Below are positions 8,501 to 17,403 of a stretch of DNA of 50,456 nt, piece after piece. Position numbers and translations under genes: made by a program. Numbering within the stretch: position 1 is the stretch's first letter; every line of letters starts with the position of its first letter. This stretch comes from Alphaproteobacteria bacterium. Lineage in GTDB: Bacteria; Pseudomonadota; Alphaproteobacteria; JAPULJ01. The notes under the pieces are model-generated. The model ran no database searches. It was not told the origin of the DNA and was given only the letters and a program-made list of their open reading frames with translations. The stretch spans positions 1-50,456 of the forward strand of contig JAPULJ010000020.1 in the NCBI GenBank assembly GCA_027295145.1, written 5' to 3'.

Positions 8501-9974
8501 CGATGGCACTAACGCAGCGGTCGATATCATCACCTGCGACGCCTGTCCGGTCCTATGCCGAATACGCGAGGGGCGGACCGGCGCTTGCGACCGATATGGA
8601 AATGTAAAAGGTGCGCTAACCCGGATGGACCCATTCGTCGTGACCCAGAAGGTAGCTGAAAAAGACGGCCAACTGGTGGCCTTCGGCAGCGAGCAGTGGG
8701 ACGGCTCGATGATCAAGGGTGCGCCGGTCTTCGTCACCGGCATCGGATCGGGCACGACCTATCCGGACTACAAACCTGCGCCGTTCATCATCGCCTCGGA
8801 GCACGAGGGGATCGACATGATAACGGTCGTCTCCGAGGGCATCTTTAGTTATTGCGGTTTCAAGGTGAAGATCGACACCGACCGTTTCATCGGCCCTGAA
8901 ACCGCTTCGGTGCGCGTCGATGGCGAGAAGATCGGCCACGTTACCACCATCGAGTACGGCTCGCAGATGCTATCCCTCGGCGGCGTTCACCACCTGACCG
9001 GCGGTTCCAAGCGCGAGGGCAAGGTGACCTGCGATACGATGCTCAGGCTGGGCGATGGCAATCCGGTCGAGATGAGCGTCGATGGCGGCGTGACGCTGAC
9101 TGTCGAGGCCGGCAAGCCGCCGATCATCGATGGGAACTTAGAGGAGCGCATGCGGGTCGGCTGCGGCTCGGCGACGATCGGTATCTTCGCAAAGCAATGG
9201 TATGGGCACGCCGACGAGGTGATCGTTGTCGACGACCACATCACCGGGGTATTGAGCGAGCACCAGGCCGGCCGATTTCTCGGGCTCGAACCCGCGGGGA
9301 TCCGCGTGCGCGGGCGAAAATCGACTCCGGGTCGTTATTTTCGGGTGGCCGAGCCGGGGACCGGCTGGGGCGGTACCGACATCACCGACCCGCTTCGCAT
9401 CATCGAGAGCATCGATCCCAAGACCGCTTGGTCGGGCCTGCGTCTGATGATGGTCAGCACGACGGGCGAGGACGCAGCCTATTTCGTTCTCGACAATAAT
9501 CTCAAGCCTGTCGCCGTGGACATGCCGGCGCCCCTGCAGGTTGTTGTCGACCGGATCGGCGAGAATTGCGAGCCGTCGCTGTCGACCGTCCTCTTCATGG
9601 CCGGTGCCGGGGGCAGCCTGCGCGCCGGGGTTACGGAGAACCCCGTCCGCCTGACCCATTCGGTCAAGGCCGCCCTGACCCGCGTCACCTGCGGCGGCGC
9701 GCCGGTTTATGTCTGGCCCGGCGGAGGCATCACCTTCATGGTCGACGTCACCACTCTGCCGCAAGGCGCGTTCGGCTCCGTGCCGACCCCGGCGATCGTG
9801 GCGCCCATCGAATTCACGCTGCGGCTGGAGGATTACGGCGCCATGGGCGGGCACTTGGACGCCGTGCGCCGGGTCGAGGAGATTGCCGACACCGACCGGT
9901 TGAAGTCGATCCGCTGGCACGATACCGCGCCCTGGCCCGGTGCGCCGCTGGCCGGTGTGGGGGAGGGGTCATGA
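8493..9974 (+). CDS. Cys-rich protein of the family annotated as 6-hydroxynicotinate reductase (Hnr-like); function here unproven
   Basis: 493-aa ORF. The N-terminus is MPDDGTNAAVDIITCDACPVLCRIREGRTGACDRYGN (C-x2-C-x3-C ... C). The family assignment is from memory of RefSeq-annotated homologues. Start at ATG 8493, an 8-nt overlap with the upstream gene. Confidence 0.6.
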   Translation: MPDDGTNAAVDIITCDACPVLCRIREGRTGACDRYGNVKGALTRMDPFVVTQKVAEKDGQLVAFGSEQWDGSMIKGAPVFVTGIGSGTTYPDYKPAPFIIASEHEGIDMITVVSEGIFSYCGFKVKIDTDRFIGPETASVRVDGEKIGHVTTIEYGSQMLSLGGVHHLTGGSKREGKVTCDTMLRLGDGNPVEMSVDGGVTLTVEAGKPPIIDGNLEERMRVGCGSATIGIFAKQWYGHADEVIVVDDHITGVLSEHQAGRFLGLEPAGIRVRGRKSTPGRYFRVAEPGTGWGGTDITDPLRIIESIDPKTAWSGLRLMMVSTTGEDAAYFVLDNNLKPVAVDMPAPLQVVVDRIGENCEPSLSTVLFMAGAGGSLRAGVTENPVRLTHSVKAALTRVTCGGAPVYVWPGGGITFMVDVTTLPQGAFGSVPTPAIVAPIEFTLRLEDYGAMGGHLDAVRRVEEIADTDRLKSIRWHDTAPWPGAPLAGVGEGS

Positions 9975-10891
9975 CCGGCCCAGCGCCTGTGCAAGCCGTG
10001 CTGCCCGGTGGACGCCGGCATTTCCAGCACGGGCCCATCGACTTGGTGATAGAGGTTTTCGGCGCGCCGGAGGAGGTAGCAGCTGCCTACACGCAGGCCT
10101 GGGCGCGCTTTAAAACCGTGCTCGCCGAGCTTGTTCAGGAGCTACCGGCCCTACGACGGCCCGTGTCGGACGCGGGAGCAATGCGGGGATCGATCGCAAT
10201 CGCCATGCGCGAAGTCTGCTTGGCCCACGGGGCCGTATTCCTGACCTCGATGGCGGCGGTCGCGGGCGCGGTCGCCGATGCGGTACTGGCGGCGCTGACG
10301 CCGGGCCGGCGGCTCGATAAAGCCTATGTCAACAACGGCGGCGATATCGCGCTCTATCTGGCGCCAGGGCAGGCCTTGCGCGCCGGCATCGTCACAATGG
10401 GAGCGACGCCGGGCCTCGATGGCGCGGCGCTGATCGACAGCCGAACAAGCGTGCGCGGCATTGCCACCAGCGGCTGGCGCGGGCGTAGCCAATCCCTCGG
10501 CATTGCCGATTCGGTCACGGTGCTGGCCGGTAACGCCGCGATGGCCGACGTGTGCGCCACGCTTATTGCCAACGCGGTCGATATCGAAGACAAGGCGATC
10601 CGGCGCGTGCCTGCATATTCTCTCGACCCTGACAGCGATCTAGGAACGCGGTTTGTAACCATCGGGGTCGGCCGATTGCCGCCGGAACGTATCGAGCGCG
10701 CTCTCGCGAGCGGCGTGAACGCGGCCCGGGACATGCACGGGCGCGGCCTCATCGCCGGGGCGCTTCTCAGTCTTCAGGGACGTTTCCAGAATGTGGGCGA
10801 TGATGAAGTACGCCTTGGCACTGAAGAAAAATTCATAATCCCCGGCTTTGCCGGGTTGTCCTCAATAGGCAGGATCGAAGCAAGGATTTGA
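9971..10891 (+). CDS. UPF0280 family protein (ApbE-like fold by recollection)
   Basis: 306-aa ORF starting at an ATGA overlap with the upstream gene (MTGPAPVQAVLPGGRRHFQHGPIDLVIEVFG...). The 9566 start given in the track lies inside the previous gene. Confidence 0.65.
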   Translation: MTGPAPVQAVLPGGRRHFQHGPIDLVIEVFGAPEEVAAAYTQAWARFKTVLAELVQELPALRRPVSDAGAMRGSIAIAMREVCLAHGAVFLTSMAAVAGAVADAVLAALTPGRRLDKAYVNNGGDIALYLAPGQALRAGIVTMGATPGLDGAALIDSRTSVRGIATSGWRGRSQSLGIADSVTVLAGNAAMADVCATLIANAVDIEDKAIRRVPAYSLDPDSDLGTRFVTIGVGRLPPERIERALASGVNAARDMHGRGLIAGALLSLQGRFQNVGDDEVRLGTEEKFIIPGFAGLSSIGRIEARI

Positions 10892-10946
10892 ATGAAGTGA
10901 GCCGCGCGGATATGGCCCCGCGCAATTTACAAACGGAGGGAGTGAG

Positions 10947-12176
10947 ATGAATATCAAGATGACGCGCAGGATTGTTATGGCCGGCGTCGCGGCGGCGGCG
11001 GCAAGCATGGCGCTTAACGCGCCTGGTGCATTGGCCGAAGGGTCGATCAAAATCGGCGAAATCAATTCCTACAGCCGATTGCCGGCCTTCACGCTGCCCT
11101 ACCGCAACGGCTGGCAGTTGGCGTTGCAGGAGATCAACGCTGGCGGCGGCATCAACGGCAAGACGCTGATCGTGATCAGCCGCGACGATGCCGGCAAACC
11201 CGGCAATGCGGTCAAGATTGCCGCAGAACTGGTCGCCAAGGACAAGGTCAACATGCTGATGGGTACGTTCTTCTCCCATATCGGGCTAGCGGTCACCGAC
11301 TTCGCCGGCAAGTCCAAGACCTTCTTTCTCGCTGCCGAGCCGCTGACCGACGCGATCGTCTGGAAGAAGGGCAATCGTTATACCTTCCGCTTGCGCCCCT
11401 CGACCCACATGCAGTCGGCGATGCTGGCCGAGCAGGCGGCCAAGTTGGGGCTCAAGCGCTGGGCCACCATTGCGCCGAACTACGCTTACGGCAAGGACGC
11501 GGTGGCGGCCTTCGTCAGCGAGCTCAAGCGGCGCCAGCCGGGCGTCGAGATCGTCGTCCAACAATGGCCGAAACTGTTCAAGATCGACGCCGGCGCCGAG
11601 GTCCAGGCGCTGATCAGGGCCAAGCCGCAAGGCATCTACAACGTCACTTTTGGCGGCGACCTTGCCAAGTTTGTCCGAGAGGGCAACATCCGCGGGCTGT
11701 TCAAGGGCCGCAAGGTGGCCAGCCTGTTGACCGGCGAGCCAGAATATCTCGACGGACTCAAGAAGGAAGCGCCCAGCGGCTGGATCGTCACCGGCTATCC
11801 TTGGTACGCCATCAAGACTGCGGCGCACACCAAGTTCCTGAAAGCGTACCGGGCCCGCTTCAAGGACTATCCGCGCACCGGATCGCTGGTCGGCTACAAC
11901 GTCATGCTGGCGGCGGCGGCCATCTTGCGCAAAGCCAAATCGCACGACGCCGAGGGGCTGATCGCCGCGGCGCGCGGCATTACCGTCGACTCGCCGTCCG
12001 GGCCCTTCACCTTCCGCGCGATCGACCATCAGTCGACCATGGGCGCATGGGTCGGCCTGACTGCGGTGCGCAAGGGCAAGGGCATCATGGTGAATTGGCA
12101 CTACGCAAACGGCGCCGACTATCTGCCGAGTGACGCGGTGGTCAAGAAGCTGCGCCCGGCGGCGGCGATGAAATAG
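10947..12176 (+). CDS. ABC transporter periplasmic substrate-binding protein (LivK / branched-chain amino acid-amide type)
   Basis: Signal peptide MNIKMTRRIVMAGVAAAAASMALNAPGALA followed by IKIGEINSYS..., typical of the Peripla_BP_6 family. GGAGGGAG Shine-Dalgarno sequence. Confidence 0.9.
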   Translation: MNIKMTRRIVMAGVAAAAASMALNAPGALAEGSIKIGEINSYSRLPAFTLPYRNGWQLALQEINAGGGINGKTLIVISRDDAGKPGNAVKIAAELVAKDKVNMLMGTFFSHIGLAVTDFAGKSKTFFLAAEPLTDAIVWKKGNRYTFRLRPSTHMQSAMLAEQAAKLGLKRWATIAPNYAYGKDAVAAFVSELKRRQPGVEIVVQQWPKLFKIDAGAEVQALIRAKPQGIYNVTFGGDLAKFVREGNIRGLFKGRKVASLLTGEPEYLDGLKKEAPSGWIVTGYPWYAIKTAAHTKFLKAYRARFKDYPRTGSLVGYNVMLAAAAILRKAKSHDAEGLIAAARGITVDSPSGPFTFRAIDHQSTMGAWVGLTAVRKGKGIMVNWHYANGADYLPSDAVVKKLRPAAAMK

Positions 12177-12215
12177 GCGGCGGTCAAGAAGACCACGCCC
12201 AGATAGACGCCGGCC

Positions 12216-14078
12216 ATGGCGTACGACCAGCAGATCGTTCTGCTGCTGACCGGTCTCGCCAACGCGGCGTCGCTGTTCCTGGTGGCATCGGGTCTCTCGT
12301 TGATCTTCGGGGTCACCAGGATCGTCAACTTCGCCCACGGCTCGTTCTACATGCTGGGAGCTTATATTGCCTTTTCGCTGATCGAGGCGATTGGCGGCAG
12401 CGTGGTAGGTTTCTGGGGCAGCGTGCTGTTGGCGGCGCTGGCGGTCGGGGTCATCGGGGTCATCGTCGAGCTGCTCATTCTGCGCTGGATTTACCGGGCG
12501 CCGGAGCTGTTCCAGCTGATTGCCACATTCGGCGTGATCCTGATCATCAAGGATGCAGTGCAGTGGGGCTGGGGGGTCGAGGAAGCGCTTGGCCCCCGCG
12601 CCCCCGGCCTCGATGGCGCGGTTATCATCGGCAGCCAACGAATATCCGAATACGACCTAGTATTGATTGCCGTGGCGATTGCCGTGCTCGTGGCCGTATG
12701 GACGGTGCTGCACCGGACGCGCTGGGGGGTGCTGGTGCGCGCCGCCACCCTCGACCGGGCGATGGCCAGCGCCCTCGGCGTCAATCAGAAATTGCTGTTT
12801 ACCAGCGTCTTCTTTCTTGGCTCGTTCCTGGCCGGGCTCGGCGGCGCGCTCCAGGTACCCAAAGAGACGATCCAACTTCAAATGGATTTCAATATCATCG
12901 CCGAGGTCTTCGTCGTCGTCGTGGTCGGCGGCATGGGCTCGCTCGGCGGCGCCTTCCTGGCCGCCCTCTTGATCGGCGTGCTCAAGAGCTTCGCCACCGT
13001 CTACGTGCCCGAACTGACCCTGGTTCTCACCTTCCTCATCATGGCAGTGGTGCTGGTGGTGCGGCCGTGGGGCTTGCTCGGCCGCAAGGAAAGTGCCCAG
13101 CGGCTTGGCGAAGCCGCCATCGATAAGCCCCTGCGCCCACCCGAGCGCCGGATGTTATGGCTCTACGCGGCGGTTGGTCTGTTCCTGCTGGCGCTGCCGA
13201 TGATCGGCGGCGAGTTTGCCAAGATCCTCGGCGTCGAGATATTAATCTTCACGCTTTTGGCCGCCAGTCTCCATTTCATCATGGGCTCGGGCGGCATGGC
13301 CAGCTTTGGCCACGCCGCCTATTTCGGTCTCGGCGCCTACAGCGCCGCCCTGTTGGTCCAGTACTTGGCATTGCGCATGGAACCCGCGCTGATCGCCGCC
13401 CCGGTCGCCGGCGCGGCGGCCGCCCTCCTGTTCGGCTGGTTCTGCGTGCGCCTGTCGGGGGTCTACATGGCCATGCTGACAATGGCCTTTGCCCAGATCG
13501 CGTGGTCGGTGGTGTTCGGCTGGGATGCGCTGACCGGCGGCGATGACGGGGTCATCGGCATCAGGCGGCCGGATTGGGCCAGGAACGCCACCGCCTTTTA
13601 TTATTTCACACTTGTGATCTGCCTTGCCGGGGTGGCGGCGATGCGGCGGATCCTTTATGCGCCTTTCGGTTACACCATGCGGGCGGGACGCGATTCGCCG
13701 CTGCGGGCCGACGCCATCGGCATCAATCTGCGTCGCCACCAATGGTTCGCTTTCACGCTCTCAGGCGCCTTCGCCGGGGTCGCCGGCGGGCTCTACCTGT
13801 TCTCCAAGGGCAACACTCACCCCGACGTGCTGGCCATCCCGCAATCGATCGATGCGTTGCTGATGGTGCTGATGGGCGGGGTCAATTCGCTCGCCGGCCC
13901 GCTGGTCGGCGGCGCTGTCTTCACTTGGCTGCACGATGAAATCTCGCGCTTCGAGTATTGGCGCTGGATCCTCGGCCTGATCATCGTTGCCATTGTCATC
14001 CTGTTCCCCAAGGGCATCTCGGGCTCGCTCCGCGATCTTCTCGGCGAGCGCCTCGGCTTCGTGCGGCGGGAGGAATAA
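12216..14078 (+). CDS. fused LivH-LivM type ABC permease
   Basis: A single 620-aa ORF. The first ~290 aa are LivH-like (SLIFGVTRIVNFAHGSFYMLGAY). After a linker (RKESAQRLGEAAIDKPLRPPE) comes a LivM-like half (GGMASFGHAAYFGLGAY). Confidence 0.9.
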   Translation: MAYDQQIVLLLTGLANAASLFLVASGLSLIFGVTRIVNFAHGSFYMLGAYIAFSLIEAIGGSVVGFWGSVLLAALAVGVIGVIVELLILRWIYRAPELFQLIATFGVILIIKDAVQWGWGVEEALGPRAPGLDGAVIIGSQRISEYDLVLIAVAIAVLVAVWTVLHRTRWGVLVRAATLDRAMASALGVNQKLLFTSVFFLGSFLAGLGGALQVPKETIQLQMDFNIIAEVFVVVVVGGMGSLGGAFLAALLIGVLKSFATVYVPELTLVLTFLIMAVVLVVRPWGLLGRKESAQRLGEAAIDKPLRPPERRMLWLYAAVGLFLLALPMIGGEFAKILGVEILIFTLLAASLHFIMGSGGMASFGHAAYFGLGAYSAALLVQYLALRMEPALIAAPVAGAAAALLFGWFCVRLSGVYMAMLTMAFAQIAWSVVFGWDALTGGDDGVIGIRRPDWARNATAFYYFTLVICLAGVAAMRRILYAPFGYTMRAGRDSPLRADAIGINLRRHQWFAFTLSGAFAGVAGGLYLFSKGNTHPDVLAIPQSIDALLMVLMGGVNSLAGPLVGGAVFTWLHDEISRFEYWRWILGLIIVAIVILFPKGISGSLRDLLGERLGFVRREE

Positions 14079-14842
14079 TGAGCGTCCTCGAAGTCACCAA
14101 TTTGTCCAAGAGTTTCGGCGGCGTGCGGGCGGTCGACAACGTCTCGTTTACCCTCGATGCCGGCCAGCTCCTGGCGTTGATCGGCCCGAACGGGGCCGGC
14201 AAGACGACCTGCTTCAATATGTTGAATGGGCAGCTCCGCCCCGACGCCGGGGAGATTCGGCTGGACGGGACCTCGATCTTCGGCCTGCCGCCCCGCCGGA
14301 TCTGGCGCCTCGGCGTCGGCCGCACTTTTCAGATCACCGCGACATTTGCCTCGATGACGGTGCGCGAGAATGTGCAGGTTGCGCTTCTGAGCCACCATCG
14401 ACAGCACCGCGCGCTTTTCCGGCCGGCGGCAAGCCGTCATGTGGAGGAGGCGATGACGTTGCTCGCCCGCGTCGGCATGGCGGAGCAACACGACCGCGCC
14501 TGCGGCATACTCGCCTATGGCGACATCAAGCGGGTCGAGCTGGCGGTGGCCCTGGCCAACCAGCCAAAGCTGTTGCTGATGGACGAGCCGACCGCCGGCA
14601 TGGCCCCCAAAGAACGCGTCGAACTGATGGCGCTGGCCGCCGAGATCGTGCGCGAACGCAACATCTGCGTGCTATTCACCGAGCACGACATGGATGTCGT
14701 CTTCGCCCATGCCGACCGCATCATGGTTCTCGACCGGGGCAAATTGATAGCGGAAGGCCCCCCGAAGGAAGTGCGGGCGAACAGTCAGGTCCAGGAAATT
14801 TATCTGGGCAGCGGCGTGGTCCACGGGGTGAAGACGTCATGA
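14078..14842 (+). CDS. ABC transporter ATP-binding protein (LivG-like)
   Basis: Walker A GPNGAGKTT, signature-like LAYGDIKRVELAVALA, Walker B LLLMDEPTAG. Start at a TAATG overlap with the permease stop. Confidence 0.9.
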   Translation: MSVLEVTNLSKSFGGVRAVDNVSFTLDAGQLLALIGPNGAGKTTCFNMLNGQLRPDAGEIRLDGTSIFGLPPRRIWRLGVGRTFQITATFASMTVRENVQVALLSHHRQHRALFRPAASRHVEEAMTLLARVGMAEQHDRACGILAYGDIKRVELAVALANQPKLLLMDEPTAGMAPKERVELMALAAEIVRERNICVLFTEHDMDVVFAHADRIMVLDRGKLIAEGPPKEVRANSQVQEIYLGSGVVHGVKTS

Positions 14843-15564
14843 GCGCCAACGATACTCTCGATATCCTCTCGGTGCGGGGCCTGCACGCTTATTACGGCCG
14901 CGCGCATATTCTATCCGATGTCGGCCTCGAACTAAGGCGCGGCGAAGTCGTCGCCCTGCTCGGCCGCAATGGCGCCGGCAAATCGACGACACTGAAATCG
15001 ATCATGGGGCTGGTCCGCCCGGCGAAGGGCGAAATCAACTTTCTGGGCACATCTATCCACGGCTACGAGCCCTACCGCATCGCCCGGCTGGGGCTCGGCT
15101 ATGTGCCCGAGGACAGGCGCGTCTTCGCCGACCTGACGGTGATGGAGAACCTCGAAACCGGCCGACAGAAGCCGCGACCGGACGCCCCCGAATGGACGCC
15201 CGAGCGGCTATTCGCAATGTTCCCCAAATTGGCCGAGATGCGCAACCGTCAGGCCGGGCGGATGAGCGGCGGTGAGCAGCAAATGCTGACCATCGTGCGT
15301 ACTCTGATGGGCAATCCACGCGCATTATTGCTCGACGAGCCCTCCGAAGGGCTGGCCCCGGTAATCGTCGAGCAGATGGCCAACACCATAATCGACCTCA
15401 AACAGCAGGGACTTTCGATCCTGCTTTCGGAGCAAAACCTCTACTTCTCAACCCTGGTCTCCGATAGAGCCTACATCATCGAGAAAGGCCGCATTCGTTA
15501 CGAAGGAACAATGGAGGAACTGGGCAAGAACGAGGAGGTTCGTGCAGCCTACCTGACCGTTTAG
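14839..15564 (+). CDS. ABC transporter ATP-binding protein (LivF-like)
   Basis: GRNGAGKSTT, MSGGEQQML, LLLDEPSEGLAP. ATGA overlap with the upstream gene. Confidence 0.9.
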   Translation: MSANDTLDILSVRGLHAYYGRAHILSDVGLELRRGEVVALLGRNGAGKSTTLKSIMGLVRPAKGEINFLGTSIHGYEPYRIARLGLGYVPEDRRVFADLTVMENLETGRQKPRPDAPEWTPERLFAMFPKLAEMRNRQAGRMSGGEQQMLTIVRTLMGNPRALLLDEPSEGLAPVIVEQMANTIIDLKQQGLSILLSEQNLYFSTLVSDRAYIIEKGRIRYEGTMEELGKNEEVRAAYLTV

Positions 15565-15597
15565 GATAGAATATAACAATCGAAAGGAAGGGAGGGG

Positions 15598-16182
15598 ATG
15601 AAAGCAACAATTCGCAAGTTCGTCGTCCTGGTCGAAGAAACAAGGCTTGAAATTGGCCAGGCAATCGATCCCCCGACCCGCAAGGCGGCGGCGCTGGCGG
15701 TGATCGAAAACCCCTTCGCCGGCAAGTTCACCGAAGATCTCGAAGGGCTGATGGAGATCGGCGCCGAGCTTGGCGAGGTCCTGGGGCGCAAGGCGGTGGC
15801 GGCGTTGGGAGTCGAGCCGGGCGCCATCGAGAGCTATGGCAAGGCAGCCATCGTCGGCGAAAATGGCGAGCTCGAACACGCCGCCGCGATCCTGCATCCT
15901 CGCCTCGGCAAACCCTTGAGGGCAGCGGTGGAAAAGGGCGCGGCGCTGGTGCCCTCGGCCAAGAAGATGGGCGGCATGGGCACGCCGCTGGACGTACCAT
16001 TGGGGCACAAGGACGCGGCCTACGTGCGGAGCCATTTCGACGCCATCGAGGTGCGCCTCGGCGATGCGCCGCGGGCCAACGAAATCCTTGTCGCCGTGGC
16101 CGTGACCGACAGCGGCCGGCCGTTACCGCGTGTCGGCGGGCTGACCCATGCGGAGGCAGAAGGCAAGGACGGTTTGAGATAG
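15598..16182 (+). CDS. DUF1185 / 'amino acid synthesis' (AA_synth) family protein, function unknown
   Basis: 194-aa ORF beginning MKATIRKFVVLVEETRLEIGQAIDPPTRKAAALAVIENPFAGKF..., which matches my memory of this family's N-terminus. GGAAGGGAGGGG Shine-Dalgarno sequence. Confidence 0.7.
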   Translation: MKATIRKFVVLVEETRLEIGQAIDPPTRKAAALAVIENPFAGKFTEDLEGLMEIGAELGEVLGRKAVAALGVEPGAIESYGKAAIVGENGELEHAAAILHPRLGKPLRAAVEKGAALVPSAKKMGGMGTPLDVPLGHKDAAYVRSHFDAIEVRLGDAPRANEILVAVAVTDSGRPLPRVGGLTHAEAEGKDGLR

Positions 16183-16203
16183 CCGCAAAATAAGGAGCGT
16201 GAC

Positions 16204-17403
16204 ATGGCTTTAGTCGCTACCAATCAGGCCCCGAAGGGCAAACTGGTGGTCAAGAATATCGGCCTGATGCTGTCAGGCGATTTGCAGGCGCCGATCCTCG
16301 ATGCCGACTGCATTATCGCCATCGACGGGCGCATCGATTCCATCGGCAAGGAATCGAGCCTCGACACCAAGGGTGCCGATACGCTTGTTGACGCCAAACA
16401 GACAGCGCTCGCGCCGGGGCTCATCGACAGCCACGTCCATCCCGTGTTTGGCGACTGGACGCCGCGCCAGATTCAGATCAACTGGATCGACAGTTTCCTG
16501 CACGGCGGGGTGACGACGATGATCTCGGCCGGCGAGGTCCATTTGCCGGGCCGGCCCAAGGACATCGTCGGATTAAAAGCGGCGGCAATCACGGCGCAAC
16601 GCTCGTTCGACAATCTGCGCCCCGGCGGCATCAAGTTGCACGCCGGCGCGCCAGTCATCGAAAAGGGCATGGTCGAAGAAGACTTCAAGGATCTCGCCGA
16701 AGCCGGCGTAAAGCTCCTGGGCGAGGTCGGGTTGGGCGGGGTCAAAGAAGGCGAGGAGGCCAAAAAGATGGTCGCCTGGGCGCGCAAATATGGCCTCCAG
16801 AGCACAATACATACCGGCGGCCCCTCAATCCCCGGCTCGGGCCTGATCGATTCCGACGTCGTGCTCGAGGCCGATGCCGACGTGATCGGCCATATCAATG
16901 GCGGCCACACCGCGCTGCCGCTAAAAGAAATCCGGTGCCTGTGCGAGCGCTGCACCCGGGCCATCGAGATCGTTCATAACGGCAATGAAGCGGCGGCGCT
17001 CTACGCCATGCGCACGGCGTTCGAACTAGGCCAGAGCGAGCGTATCATCCTGGGCACCGATTCGCCGGCCGGCTCGGGCGTCCAGCCGCTCGGTATCCTG
17101 CGCATGATCGCCATGCTGAGCGCTATCGGCGATGTGCCGGCCGAGATTGCCTTCTGCTTCGCCACCGGCAATACGGCGCGCATCCGCGAGCTCGATTGCG
17201 GCCTCCTCGAGCCCGGCCGGGCGGCCGATTTCGTCATCCTCGATCGCGCCCAGCACACCGCCGGCAAGACGTTGTTGGAGAGTGTCGGGCTCGGCGATCT
17301 GCCGGGCGTCGGTATGGTCATCATCGATGGTGTTCCCCGCAGCGGCCGCTCGCGCAACACCCCGCCGGCAACGACGCTGCCCGAGATAGTTGGGGCGGGG
17401 TAG
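16204..17403 (+). CDS. metal-dependent amidohydrolase, enamidase-like
   Basis: 399-aa ORF with the amidohydrolase-superfamily HxH motif (GLIDSHVHPVFGDW) and later His/Asp ligand candidates (STIHTGG, GHINGGH, LGTDSP). Confidence 0.75.
   Translation: MALVATNQAPKGKLVVKNIGLMLSGDLQAPILDADCIIAIDGRIDSIGKESSLDTKGADTLVDAKQTALAPGLIDSHVHPVFGDWTPRQIQINWIDSFLHGGVTTMISAGEVHLPGRPKDIVGLKAAAITAQRSFDNLRPGGIKLHAGAPVIEKGMVEEDFKDLAEAGVKLLGEVGLGGVKEGEEAKKMVAWARKYGLQSTIHTGGPSIPGSGLIDSDVVLEADADVIGHINGGHTALPLKEIRCLCERCTRAIEIVHNGNEAAALYAMRTAFELGQSERIILGTDSPAGSGVQPLGILRMIAMLSAIGDVPAEIAFCFATGNTARIRELDCGLLEPGRAADFVILDRAQHTAGKTLLESVGLGDLPGVGMVIIDGVPRSGRSRNTPPATTLPEIVGAG

Noticed and set aside
11286-12638. 450-aa ORF on the minus strand, antisense to the SBP and permease genes. 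Similar long antisense ORFs occur at 6632-7684, 9138-9920, 26268-27179, 29880-30713 and 31914-32990.
   Set aside because: They are Arg/Gly/Pro/Asp-rich, low-complexity translations with no recognisable motifs. Each lies exactly opposite a gene with clear family signatures. Long stop-free antisense frames are expected at about 65% GC.
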